From Pseudovirgaria hyperparasitica (taxonomy: Eukaryota), in assembly GCA_010093815.1 (NCBI GenBank), contig ML996575.1: DNA of 64,000 bases; one strand, 5' to 3'. Under the pieces are notes generated by a model. The model was given only the letters and a program-made list of their open reading frames with translations, did not search any database and was not told the DNA's origin. Position numbers and translations under genes: made by a program. Each line of letters opens with the position of its first letter. The stretch's first letter is position 1. Below, piece after piece: positions 14,742 to 27,875 of this stretch.

Positions 14742-14984
14742 ATGGACTATTCTTCTTACTACATCTTTTCTTAGGATCAGTATTACATAGTCGAAATGCT
14801 AGTCTCTCTAATGCAGGACACAGTATTAGACTACAAGAATAATACTCTAACTTAAAGAGTCTATCAAGCAGCTATGTGTACCTACGGTATCCCGATAACT
14901 ATGGACGAGCAACATTTTCGGGAATGGGTCCATCAATATATAATGACTATGGAGTTCCATCCGGTGGTTTTGGAGATTGGTTAG
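14742..14984 (+). pseudogene. Possible RIP-disabled small ORF (81 codons, 2 internal stops)
   Basis: Reads MDYSSYYIFS*DQYYIVEMLVSLMQDTVLDYKNNTLT*RVYQAAMCTYGIPITMDEQHFREWVHQYIMTMEFHPVVLEIG*. The internal TAG and TAA could derive from CAG and CAA by C->T transitions. Confidence 0.3.
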
Positions 14985-15046
14985 TAGATGTGAACTGCCT
15001 ATACCCCGTACTGTAGTTAGTAGATGCGAACTGCCTAGACCTTGTA
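14980..15046. repeat. Imperfect direct repeat, ~31 bp x2, period 36
   Basis: gttagtagatgtgaactgcctataccccgta versus gttagtagatgcgaactgcctagaccttgta. Confidence 0.75.
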
Positions 15047-15057
15047 TGGTAGCTTAG

Positions 15058-16035
15058 TTAAGCACTTCTCTCTATAAGACTCTTTGAATGCTCTAGATCT
15101 CGGACAATCTGACTCATACAACCGAATCTGCCACGCCAGCAACTTTGCATCACATGGTTTAAAGGCAGGCCTGTAGTATCAGGGAATTCGCAGGCTGTAT
15201 AGAGCTTCTCGACGTAAGGACCGGCATCTATTCGCGATTGATGCTCATGGTAAGGTGGTCTACCTGTCACAATCTCATAGATTGTACAGCCAAACGCAAA
15301 GATGTCTGTAGCTCGGCTGGTATAGGGTGTAGCTGGTCGGTAGCTGAACCACTCGTAACAGGAATCGCCTGGTCTGCCGTCAATACTACAGCCTTCAAAA
15401 TCAATAAGCTTGACCCCTTCCATTGTTGAGATCAAGTTATTACACCCTACATCACAGTGGATGATGCCGCATTCGTGTAGATATTGATAGCCTTTTGCGG
15501 CATCAATTAGCCAGTCAATTTTCGTGACCAGCGCTATCTCAGTAGCAGATTGGCATAGAGTCCTGAGGGCTGTCCCACGTTCAAGCACAATAGAGCCATC
15601 TGCTCGAATGCATAGGAGCTTCGTGATATTAGGATGTGAGCCAAGACGCTGATAAGCCTCACGCTCAACTTCCCCATTCCCGTCCTCAGGTGAGTGGAAC
15701 TCTTTCAATACTCTCTTTTCATCGATGGTAAAGATGATACCGGCCTTCCCGCCGGCTATAAAATGTAACGCGCCTGGGGGTATCGAGTCAACACCGGGTT
15801 CGTTTGAAATTTCCTCGAAAGGCGAGGGCTCATTTATGGGTTCCTTGGAAAGTCTGGTTTCGTTCGACGGTGTGTTGGAAGGCTCATTTGAGGGCTCGTG
15901 AGGAGGTTTATCTAAGGACTTGTGCGAAGATATGTTTGGGGCATGATTCGGAAAGCGGATATTACAAGTAAGAACTCGGAGCAGGCAGGTAGAAAGGTAG
16001 CTCCGGTTGGAGCCCATGATGAAACGACTTCGCAA
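15058..16035 (-). CDS. Atypical small protein kinase (non-RD, PKc-like); 5' end uncertain
   Basis: Gly loop FIAGGKAGIIF, VLKEF, alphaC EREAY, catalytic loop IIHCDVGCNN, LIDFEG, and subdomain IX DIFAFGCTIYEIVTG..PY. Confidence 0.85.
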   Translation of the reverse strand: MRSRFIMGSNRSYLSTCLLRVLTCNIRFPNHAPNISSHKSLDKPPHEPSNEPSNTPSNETRLSKEPINEPSPFEEISNEPGVDSIPPGALHFIAGGKAGIIFTIDEKRVLKEFHSPEDGNGEVEREAYQRLGSHPNITKLLCIRADGSIVLERGTALRTLCQSATEIALVTKIDWLIDAAKGYQYLHECGIIHCDVGCNNLISTMEGVKLIDFEGCSIDGRPGDSCYEWFSYRPATPYTSRATDIFAFGCTIYEIVTGRPPYHEHQSRIDAGPYVEKLYTACEFPDTTGLPLNHVMQSCWRGRFGCMSQIVRDLEHSKSLIERSA

Positions 16036-18601
16036 AGTTCATAACAGAAAGGAGAGTTGCGCGATGAGAAGAAGAGGGCCAGTAGAGAGAGGGCCAGTAG
16101 AGAGAGAGTGGGGCTTCGAGCCATCGCTAGCAAAGAGGACCAGGCATCAAGGCATCAATCATACCACTGCATGTGAGTCACTCAGCGTACTCTCATACTC
16201 TTTTCTCTCTCTCTGGATAATTAGAATCAACAACTTGGAACTTCTTTGTTGCTTACTAAGTCGTTACTGAACCTCATTTGTGACATGTCTGTTCTACTCG
16301 CTAATACTACTCTGCATCTCCATGAGCCCCTCTCTCTGCTTTCCGCGTTCCGCTCTCCTGGCCCTGGCTCGCGGCTATTCATTCATCAACCACCCATGCC
16401 GCATCTGCAAATCAGCAATATCCAATTCCTCAACCCGCCTTGCTGGCGACTAGCTGCTGTCTCGCACACGACTTTCTTTCCCGATCGAGTTTCCAGCCGC
16501 ATGCTGTGTTCATGCGCCTCATCCCGTTGGCTCTAACCGTCCCAGTCTTATCCGACTGCATTCGTCCCTCCATGCTATCTATCCTAGAGCCTCCAGATCA
16601 CTTTCATGTCATTTGTCCACACTATCCAAATACTCCACGTGTACATACATGATCCTAGTATGCCAGCCTGTACGCATATATCAGACAACGTCAACAAGGC
16701 TGGCTGATAGGCTATAGAGACAGTGATCCATCCTGCAGCCTCAGCCCCACATTGGATTAGAACATGTAAGATGCGGACCGATCACATCTCTGCACCATGG
16801 ATTCTTCTTGCCGGTAATACAACATCTTCTTCGCAATCTATTCGCTTGGTCTCACATACGAGCTCGCCCATAATACGCTTGGCCGTCTAGGTATGAGCCG
16901 ATCGATTTACGAATCAGTAGTAGTATCCACCATCATTTTCTTATTTCGCGTTCTACAGTCCACGGTGGGTGCCAGCGCGACCATGACAATGGACATGAGT
17001 GTAGGCTTCTCCATTGGATTGGGTATCCCTCTCTCGCTTCAGACAGTATGCGCGACCCCAGCCGGCAGTTCACAACCATGCTCGCAGGCCTTCTTACCGG
17101 AAACTCAGTACTGCGTACGCGGATAGATAGACAGATGCATGCCAATCCCGGCCTCCCCGCGTCGCCATCAGGCTGGTCACCTAATGCACACCACAGTATC
17201 ATATTGGTTGTTGCGTGGCGCACAAGCGGCTCCTCGCGAAGGGCTCGCCCCGCTTGTCCCCAGTCAGATAACTGGGACATTGCACTTGGGGCTGAGAAAG
17301 GCCATCGAAATCAACATGCATGCATGTCAGCTGCAACTCGTCACTCCAGCACCAATCGCATCACATTGAATCCCATATATTTACCGTTGTATATGTATGT
17401 TGTAGCAGCAGCAGCAGCAGCAACACCACACCGGTCGGTCGGCCATATATCCTGAACCGATGTGAGGAAACAGAGTATCATGAAACATGATACCACATCA
17501 GATACCCGATCGCTTGAGCAAGTAGGTCTTTCACAAGAAAGAACAAGACTGGGTCCTTACCACATGGATCCCACGCTCCACTTTCCCCCACGCCCACTTT
17601 CCCCACAATTTCCTTCTGTAAACACTCCAATCCCATGCCCACGCCTATACTTGCACATTTCTGACATTGACATATTACTCCGATGCACCCAACTGAGACG
17701 CGTATGCACTATATCCTACTATTCAGAACCACATGCGATCTAGGTAGCATGCGGGAAAACAGTGTCGTAGACTTGAAACTAGACACTAGGAGTGGGAAAA
17801 GCATTCGTTCGCTGATTCATCTATAGAGGATAGATAATTGATTTTTTAGATACTTTTCCCATTTACTCATAAATAGTATCCCTTAGTCTGTAAACAGTAA
17901 CCCTTTGTGTGCAAACGGTATCCCTTCGATTGCTCAAGCCACTTCTGGGCACTCAAACTAACTCGTAGAGTTATTAGACACGCACTGAACGTTTTGCTTA
18001 TGAGACATTACATTCCACTCAGGCGGTGTGAACGTACACGTGCCAAACAACTTGTAGATAGTCACTGGCAAGACACACAAAAAACAATATGGAAGTATAC
18101 ATCTATCTATATGTATTTCAATATGCATGCTCTCCCTTTTGGCCTCATACCTAACTTACTGCTCGCTCTATACACATACCCTGCTTGATACTCAAACACA
18201 CAAACCACACACGGGAACATACTCACACCAACAACGTCTAGATCTAAATCTATCGCTCTTCAAGACAGCCAAGACAAGGGTCCCCAAAGGAATGAGAGAA
18301 GGCTATGATGCCGCCATATACAAACGTTCGTTCTAGCCTTCCGCTACAGCCACACGCTCATCAGACACGCGCATCCAACAAGAGAGAAAATGCATAGAAT
18401 AGGGACCAGGTATGCGTGACCAAGGAACTGAAAAGCATGCCGAAGCGCGACCATGGGATAGTCTCCGGTCTTGTCTTTGTTTGTGGGTTCTGGATTGGGT
18501 TGAAATGGATTGATATGCTTTGAAAAGTCGATCGTGGTCAATGTAACTGTTTTTTTTTGGGCGTTTCCCTCCCATCAATAGCCGTCTCTCCCCCCTGATC
18601 T

Positions 18602-20898
18602 TTATGTCTCGCTCTTGGTTCCGCCCATCATTCTAAACGGCGCCCATGCCTTGCTTGTTTCTGGCCCCTTTGGCCGCCCGAAATTCATGTCTAAATCTAG
18701 CAAGATCTTCAAACTATTTCGGCTTCGCAGGTACGGTAGAGGTGCGCTCGCTGCTTGCAGTCCAACCCCAGGTTCTGTGAACCCAGAGGGGCCCGCCTTG
18801 TCCTCGTCCGCGCCGTGCCCGCCTGGCATCGGCAGCAGGTTTTGTAACACTTCGTATGCAGCGAGCGTGAAGCCGAATTGCGGCGAGGACCGAAGGATAC
18901 GCGCCGGACCTCCCTTGAAAAATGCCTTGAAACCCTCTTGTTCGTATATCGTTCTCGCGCAGTGTCGCAGCCCGTTGTATGTTTGGTCACCCTTTCGAGC
19001 CTCAACTTGCAGACGCGTCTTAATGACGTCAAATGGAGTCGTGAGATACGCTGCCGGCATACCAGCGATCGCACCAGCGGTGAGGAGATGTAGAACCCCG
19101 AGCTTCTTCGTAGGCGACTCACCAAAGAGGTCGCGTTTGAGATGGGCGTATGTTGGGAAGTAAATGGCTGAGAAGGGAACTGAAGATTCAAATTAGTTAA
19201 TCCTCGTACGAGGTATAAATTCCAGTACGTACCGTCGCGAGAAAGACAGGCTGAAGCGCCCTTGTAAAGACCGACGAGACCGAGATTGCGAACGATCCAC
19301 ATCGCAGATCGCTTTGGAGTACCCTCAGCTGATTTCATCATCTCTCCCTGTACTTGTAACCGGATCTTGACTATTTCTAGAGGGTTGGTAAAGATCTATA
19401 CACAGCGATGTTAGCCTTTATTTTGTACATCGACCATCTCTGAGCGAGGTCACTCACCACTTGGCAAGCACCAGCGGAGCCACCGGCCAACATCTCTGCC
19501 GGAAACCAAATCTGACCAGTCTCCTTGTTCATGAACTTCCCACGAACAATGTCGTTCACAGTCAGCTTTATGGCCTTCTCAGGCGCGACACCAACAAGCT
19601 GAGGCAGGACTCCGGAGTAGAGACCCTTGAAACCTTCGTTGCGAATGACCTTCTTTGCACAATCGAGCGAGTTCTGATACAGCAGCTCACCAACGCGTCC
19701 ACGCTGATTCTGCATTCGCGTCTTGACCAAATCAATCGGGTATACCATGAATGCTCCGAATGCACCAGCCAGACTTCCAAGAGCAAAATGATGCGCTGCC
19801 TCCAGGACGTCGTGGAAGAAGCTTTTAGTTTTGGAAAAGGTTTCGGCACCGGCCTGGCCTACAGCAGAAACCAGCCCTTGCCCGGCTCGTTTGTAGTAGT
19901 TGTGCCACGATGCATCCAAGACTTTTGCAAAATCCATCAAGCTTAGGCGTCCTGACGTATCATCCAGGCCAGCGAAGTGGAACAGGATGTCGGCTTCCAT
20001 GGGAGTGATGAGGGAGAAACGAGCAATACGAGCAGCTTCATTCAGGAAGTCGGTGCGAGTAATCTTTCCATCTGGACTTTTCGCAGTTGCGTTGCGGAGA
20101 ATGAGCTCGACCAGATCCATTTCGCGGATCATGTTCTGGAATGCGCGAACATTGGCGTAAGATATCTTGCTTCCGGCGGAAATGTTACAGAGCGTTGGAA
20201 GGTTTTCGAGAAGATGGTCGGAAAGCTTGTGGTGTGCAGTCTCAATGATGATACGCTGAAATTGTTCGGGCTCAATGTAACCATCATTGTTCTTGTCGAA
20301 ATGTAAAAATGCCTGTCGGACGCGCTCACCTTGCAGACCTCTCAACATCTGCGAGAACTGTGGGTATGTCATCGTATGCCTCTTGTTATTAGAACCAATG
20401 TACAACGCCGCCCATTCCGACGACCAATTGAATGGTAGGGCATTTTCCGACTTGTTCTCATTGTAGATCCGCTCAAAATCCTCGAATGAAACCAAACCAA
20501 TGCCTTTGGTATCAAACACTCGGAAGGCTATTTCATATTCGGCGTCGGGTTTGCTGAGAAGGTTGTCGAAGCTGGTCCAGTCGGACAGGGTCACTTTGCC
20601 TTGTTTTCTTCGATCGGCGACTTTGAATAGTAGGGAGTATTGGTCACGTTTGATCTTGTGCTGATGGCGATGGAAGGTCAGTCTTAGCTTCAAGCTTCAG
20701 CTTGTCAGGGATACCAACATAGTCTTCATTCTCTGGTGCAATCAGGTTGATGAAGTCATCCTCTTCGAGGAAGTAGTCTCCTGATGCTTCGTCGAGCTTT
20801 GCGTGTTTCATGAAGCTTTGTCTGCTTTGTTCCGACAGACCTGGCTCCTGTGTGGATCCCAGCAGAGCTTCCTGCACCGACTCTTTCAAGGCCGCCAT
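18602..20898 (-). CDS. AGC1: Calcium-binding mitochondrial aspartate/glutamate carrier (Aralar/AGC1 family)
   Basis: N-terminal EF-hands ([28 protein letters not shown]) and carrier signatures [30 protein letters not shown], plus [14 protein letters not shown] and [10 protein letters not shown]. Multi-exon. Confidence 0.95.
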
Positions 20899-23335
20899 GC
20901 TGTATAATACGGGTTCTTGATACAAACAAAAGAACCGTCGATGATAGCAAGGTTGTCAATGGAGAGTGTATGGCGACGTTGACGGGAGGCTCAAGTGTCG
21001 AGAAATGGGAGAGCGGTGTCGCAAGGGTCACAAACCCGAAGGCGCAAGGTGCAGTCGAAGGTGGATCTGACCAAGAAGCTATCGCCGATAGCTCCCCGAT
21101 GCGGGAGACGGGCGTGGGGAAATTAGACAGAGGGCCCACGGACAGGGACGAGATGATAATTGAAGCAGTGTGTAGGGACAGAGTGGAATGTGGGTGCGTG
21201 TGTGTGTTGTGAACAGACAAAGGAGAATGAATGCGACGATTGGTGAAATGAATACCCTACAGAGTAGCAAGGTTGGCAGTTCTCCGGCAAACGAATTTTT
21301 CGGGCATTTTGGTTGTCGTGTTTGTCCTACTGTGGCCAGCCAAGCACCAGCCACCTTGTTGCGATCGATGGCTTCAAATACCTCGAGTAGCCCATCACCC
21401 ATCCACGTACTCTGCGGGCACAACTCATTTCCCAATCTACTCTATTACACCTACACCTGCGCCGTATCTACACGATTACATGAATTGCACCTTTCAACGG
21501 CGGCTTGTTGGAGCTCATCGTCCTTTGCGCCCCGCGATGAGGGAGGCTGGCAGATACCTTAGATGGCATTCCGGCCTTTATTCAAACACCTACCCTTGTA
21601 TGGAGACTATTCATCAGAGATGACATCGCGCAGCAAAAACAACTCAAGACGTCGCCAGCCCATCTAGACTGGTAGCTGTTTCATTAGCCTACGTTTCATG
21701 TGCCAGCAAATAGCCAAAATAAGCCGTCGTGTGATGTGGCAGCAGTGACCTATTTCTGCGGCTCTAACATCCAAGTATTAATGTACCTAGGCAGACCTAA
21801 ACCGTTCCCTCGAACTACAAGATGCAATACTTCCTTTGCCGGCATTAGAGCTCAACATCTGGCATTTCATGCGGATAGCCCACCCTGAAAATTGCACGGG
21901 CCTCGTATATAATTAGGGACTCGATGCTCTTTTTGTCTCTCCCAGGTAAGAGATAGTACGACGCTGTTCATCAACACATTCATGTTTTCATTCCCAAGAT
22001 CATCGAGCAAGCTTGCCTACGACCTCATGGTTACTGAGTACATCGCTGCCGCTGTTTGCTGTTGCCTTCACCATAGATCGAGCGAGGAAGTCATTTCTTC
22101 AGAACAGTTGACGCATCTTGTCAAATCACTCTACCCGTTGCACAGGGCATGTTGTCCCAGATCTTGTTCTTATGATAGTCTTTACCTCATTCAGGTCTGA
22201 ATTTTCAGTATAAAGGCCTGACTTACTAGCACGATCGATCCAATAGTCACGGACTATACCACTATGCATCTCATCAACACGACCTAGGTGATGCGAACAT
22301 CCAGATTGACGCGCACTGAGAGGCTTTGCAAAATGACACCTTCCGTTCTCAAGGTTTATCATCGAGACGCAACGTCTCTCCAGTTGATTCCAAAAGCTGG
22401 GTACGTTCAATCCTTGTTGTCCAGACATGTAAACAACTTGATACCGCGCAACGAAGGATCAGACTACATAATTAGTGAGTGCTTTTTGACTTGCTTCTAC
22501 ATTCCACAAATCAGGCCTGCTTGCCCGACAAGCTGGATCGCTATTCATCACCGTCCCGCAAATTTATTTTCCAGTCATGGTACTACCATGACTTTCCTTA
22601 GCAGCGTAGGTAGAGGTAGGCAGTATCGGCTGCTTACTAATGTCGCCAGTGTTTACAGATCAATATATACTCTCCCTAGATATGCCCGCGCAGAACGGTC
22701 CTTACAGGCAGGCATCAAGCACAGTGGCGTGGTATATCGTAGTCGGTTCATTTTCTTGAGTTGTTGTTACACCAATAGAAAGGAGCGTAAGTTACACTCA
22801 TTTTTGGAAACTCTAAAGCTTTTGTACTATGACTTCTCCATTTGGCCTATGCTTTGAACTTACGCTGATTGACACCTGTCTCTAAAGTTGTGCAGGACTT
22901 TGATGCTCACATTCAAGGTGGCTCTCTTGAGTTTCTTCCAGCTAGTCGCAACCCATCTAAAATGGAGTAATATAAGTCTGGATGCCTGGGACCAGATGCA
23001 TTACTCCCAAAAAGGTAAACGTACTAAACGATCTAAGCTTATCCTATATAATTAATAGATCATAGGGCATCTAGGTACGTCAACAATAATTATAATTGGA
23101 CCAGACTTGGACTAAGAAGTAAGCTACCAGAAGAGCGAAAGCTGGTCATGAACCTTGCACCCTGCAATGGATCCGCCTCCGCTAAAGCGATCACAACGAC
23201 GTCACTTCCCGGTCAGGTTCTGAGGTTGGCCAAGCTTGACCATCGCAGCCTGTTCACTTCTTAGAACTTCTGCCACCTCTGACTTCTTCTCTACTTGGAA
23301 TCGTTACATTGCTACAGCTCTTCCATAGTCTCACA

Positions 23336-25071
23336 ATGGCTGCAGAGCAAGATCGGTATGGCGCTCACTTTGCTCCTAGCCAGGACAACATCGACAGAGC
23401 TAAGCAGACTGCTGAACAAGCAGCTCACAAAGTAGGCGACAAGATCTCTACTGGAAAGCATCACCTCGGTCACTACTTTAGACTCGAGCAGACTGCCCTT
23501 GAACAAGCTCGTTCCAAGATGTCCGGAGGTTTAAGTGGTGCGGAGCAAGACACCTGGGCTACATACTTCTCCATTGGCAACGATGGTCTTGAAAGAGCTA
23601 GAAGGTTAGCTGGCACTAAAGGAGTTGGTTCTGAGCAAGACCGCTATGGACAGTACTTTCGAGGCCCAGACGACGCAGCGCAAAGACTTAAGAGCACTTT
23701 CAAGGATGCTGCTGGAGATATTGACAATGCTGCTCATAGAGTTGCTGGTAAAGCAAAGGATGCTTTCCAAGATGCTTCTGGCTCTGAGCAAGACCGATAT
23801 GGCAACTACTTTAAAGGATCTAATCATGCAGCTGAGAGGGCCGATCATGCTGTTATCAGGACGAAAGATGCGTTCCGTGGTACGACCGGCGCAGAGCAAG
23901 ATCGCTATGGCGGTCACTTCGATGCTGCAAGCGGAAAACTGACTGATAAAGCTCGACGAGGTCTTCATTCATTTGAGGATGCCCAGTATCAAAGACGCGA
24001 GGCTTTCGATAGAACTGGCACATTCTCTCCTAGCGACAGAACAGCTAATCCTCTTCGGACAGCCACCGTTGGCATTCTTCAGTCAACCATACTCCCATCT
24101 CTATCGCTCCATGGAGGTCTAGCCGCAATCGCATATAGCGTCGCTCGTTACACAGGTCGTCTCGATGTGAAAGACTATCTTTGGCCCGCCGCCCAAGTTG
24201 CAAATGCATGGTACAGCGCTGTGGGCCGTCATCTGCTCGCTGGAGTCTCCCTCACTATGATCGTGGAGACGCTCTCGTACCCCGAACGTATCCTCCTTGG
24301 TGGTATCACTGCCTGGGGTACTCGTCTCCTCTACCGTATTGCGACCCGCAGCATCGCTCGCGGCCAAGATGATGAACGTTATATTGAAGCTAAGAAGGAG
24401 CCCGACTTCTGGAACAAGGCCGCCTTCGCCATATTCCTACCTGAAGCACTCTTCCAGACTATCATATCGCTCCCAGTCGTTCTTCCGTTCCGCGATGGTG
24501 CTGCAAGCGCCGCTCTAGCGCCTACCGCTGGCCTCGCTCATGTCGCTCATTTCGTAGCTGTTTTCATCTTCGGCACTGGGTTTGCACTCGAAACTCTTGC
24601 TGATCGCCAATTAGCCACACATAAAGAGAAGGCTACAGAAAGTCTGAACCGAGGGGGTGTATGGAGCATTGTTCGGCATCCAAAGTGCGTACCCTTTTCC
24701 CACCCCAGTCCGTATAGTACAAATTTATTGACTTGTTTAGCTATCTCGGCGAAACTCTCATTCATGCCTCCTTTCCCATTCTTCTCTATTCATGTGGTCT
24801 CCTCCATCCTATCGCCGTTCTTGGTCCACTCGCCAACTATGCTTTCTTGCGCTATATAGGCGGCGATGCGCAGACTGAGACATCACAAGAAGAGAGATAC
24901 AAGACTGAAGATCCCGCTAAACTTGCTCAATTACAGCAGTACAAGGCGAAAACCAACTCGTTCTGGCCAAAGGTTGAGGAGTTGAAGAACTCATGGGTAT
25001 GGACCGTGGTAGGTGTGGGCCTAGTAGGTGCAGTAGTCGAGAGCGGAGTGAGGGAACTCCTCTTACACTAG
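23336..25071 (+). CDS. DUF1295 (steroid 5-alpha-reductase-like membrane protein) with N-terminal EQDRYG repeats
   Basis: Membrane domain with WGTRLLYRIATRSIARGQDDERY, ETLADRQL and GVWSIVRHP|NYLGE (intron ~24685-24739). The N-terminal ~200 aa is hydrophilic and repetitive. Confidence 0.85.
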
Positions 25072-25197
25072 AAATAACACAAACGAGTCGTATCAATACC
25101 GTGACCGAGCCAGTGCAGTCACTCGAGAAGTTATGCCTTCTATAACATAGCTTCTATTGAAACGACGGATAGACTATCAGAGCATTACATCCTAGTC

Positions 25198-26925
25198 TTA
25201 TCTTACAACTGGTTTCAAATGCACCCACAGCGGGGTTTTATCCCAAACTACATATATCTTCTGCTTGGGAAGCTCCACATTATTGGGTGCGAGAGCTATG
25301 TCAAAGTGCCAAAGAATCTATAACATGTTAGCATACTGATCTTCTCCATTGAGCCCGTCCATGAATGAAGAGCGCAAACAGGAGGATGATTGTTACCTGG
25401 GCCATGATAAGGCGCATCTCCATTCTAGCTAGACTACTACACAGTTAGCATCCCGAACGTACGTAGTACCATTCTCAGAGGGGGCGGTAAGTACTTGCGA
25501 CCAATGCAATTCCGTGGCCCAACACTGAACGGCTGTAAAGCTTCCTTTCGATCACCTGACCACTTCCCGGTCTCATCAGGAAGAAACCTTTCAGGGTCAT
25601 ATACCTCTGGGTTCTGCCAATTTTCTGCGCTGTAATTCATAGCATACATTGTAATTCCAACACCAGTCCCGCCAGGAACATGCTTTCCGCAGATCATAGC
25701 GCCTTCTGGGGGAGTAACACGAGTAAAAGTACCAGCACCGGGTGGGTACATACGTAGGCTTTCTTCGAGAGCAGCTATAAAATAGGGCATCCTACCCATC
25801 ATGTTCATATCGATCTCGTCGGCGCTCGAGCAAGTCTGTCGGATCTCTGTTGTTACCCGCGACTGTATATCCGGATGAGCGCCAAGGAAATATGTGAAAC
25901 CAGTGAGTAATGTTGCTGTCGTCTCTGAACCTGCAACAATAAAGACACGCGAATTAGTTGACAGATCTCCAAGGCTTAATTTACCCAATCTATAGGCATC
26001 GATCATGTTCTGCATCAGGTCCGTATAGTCTGGATTTCTGTCAAGTCGGCGAAGCAACTTCTCATGCACAAGCTCGTGATGATCAGTACGAGATCTTCTA
26101 TCCTGGGATCGAACCAAGACTAGCCACATGAGCTTCCTAAGAATTCCAAAGCGATTGACAGCGAAGATGTAAGCCGCTGCGCGGACATATAGTCTCAGTA
26201 CTCTTATCCAAGGATGATATGTGGAATTCGATAAACAATCGAAAGATTCACTGTACGCGAGATGCCCAATGATATCGAATGTGATGAACTGGTAGGCATT
26301 ATTACGGAAGTTTTTCAAGTATTGTTTAGCGATAATGAGCAGGTTTAAGGCTTACGTTATACCAGTCCTGAACGTTGATAGCGTCTCCATGTTCTGCTTT
26401 TTCTTGTAGTCTTTGTATTAACAGGCTGACATAGCTGTTGACGGTTGGCTGTTGCTCTCTAAGCGCCTTGTCAGAAAATCCATGGGCCATTAGCCGGCGA
26501 AGGAAACTGTGATGCTCCCTGCCAGCGCTGATGATATCATCTTCTCGGCTCTCACGAATCAAGCTCTGTTCATCTTTCGCGTTCTCCGGCTGTCCTTGTC
26601 GGTGACCAAAGATGTCCTGCCACGCTAAGGGATTGATATATCCTAGTTCATTAGGAGAAACCCTAACAACTTCTCCATACTTATCGTGGGCAGCCTTAAT
26701 TTCAAAAGCAAGTGTCCCATTGAGTAAATGATATTTGTACCACAAGTCGGTCACTCTAGCCACCAATGGTCCAGGATAATTTCTTAATGGATGAAGAAAA
26801 ATATTGTATGTAACTGTGGTAGCTCCTGCTAGAAGGACCTAAAGAAGTTTTAGATCCGAGGAAAATGAAAATGGTGTAAATTGGCAACATACAATTGTGA
26901 ATATTCCGAGCAGTGTGAACGACAT
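25198..26925 (-). CDS. Cytochrome P450, CYP65/TRI11-like (5 exons)
   Basis: Spliced MSFTLLGIFTI|VLLAG..HPLRNYPGP, YGEVVRVSPNEL, AGSETTATLL, EESLR, PERF, heme motif FSVGPRNCIG and C-terminal VWDKTPLWVHLKPVVR*. Confidence 0.93.
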
Positions 26926-27637
26926 AAGTTTCGAGTATTCGAAATGAAAGAGGCTAGGAGATCGTATGTTTTCTAAGCGACGTTTGAAGGACGACCTAAG
27001 GGATCTTAGAGGCAGAACTTTACAAAAGATCAAATTCACTGTAGGATATGATTATGACCGATATAGGCTCACTTTACTATGATCCGAGATTTTATTATCT
27101 GATGGGAAATCCAAAGGAGACGATATGGCACATTTTGGAGGTTACCTGCATACGACAAAACAGTAGTGGAGTGACGGGAGAGCTATTGCAGGGGTAGTAT
27201 GCGTGACTATGCATCGGCTAAAAGAAACAGCCGAAGAGGATTTGATGCTACATTGCGTCTAGAGAATTGGATGATATGATGTGATATGTTTCCCATAGAA
27301 CAATACATTCCAAATACAATGTCAAGCCTAGAGGTGACCTATATGATATGATAGGAGGGCATATGCGACGTTATGCATCAGCTGAGGGAAACGATGAAGG
27401 AGATACCATAGACCGAGGTGTGAAAGCTCTAGCTTCAACACTGTCCAGGATAGCTGTCCATACCGCTATCAGAGCTTCATTACTCCTTTGATAGTAGTGC
27501 AGCAGTTTAAACAATGAGCTTGTTCGTGTGGCAAACTATGTCATGATGTATATACGCAAGATAACAAGAAATGCGCGGCTGCAGCTGCATGTATCATCAT
27601 CTGATGTTGTGTATCATGATGCAATGCGATGCGATGC

Positions 27638-27685
27638 AATGCAAGAACCACAAAACTGGAAAATGCAAGAACCACAAAACTGGAA
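27638..27685. repeat. Perfect 24-bp tandem duplication in the divergent P450/BVMO promoter
   Basis: aatgcaagaaccacaaaactggaa x2, preceded by gatgc/aatgc pentamers. Confidence 0.85.
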
Positions 27686-27875
27686 ACAACCGCATACATG
27701 AGTCTCGTATGATTAGCAGGCCTGACAGCGATCATACCATGCTGTGTACGATGTTATATGCTAAGTCAGTAAGATATTTTCTAGGACCACAGCGGGTAAA
27801 TGATACAATACATGACCTTTCACTTCAGTAAAGGATCCAGCAGATTCTATACTGTCACGCTCGGACAGTGAAACC

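Noticed and set aside
23336..23925. EQDRYG repeats as a fungal RiPP (KEP/dikaritin) precursor
   Set aside because: No signal peptide, no regular KR/RR Kex2 sites flanking the repeats, fused to a membrane domain, and no DUF3328 gene nearby.
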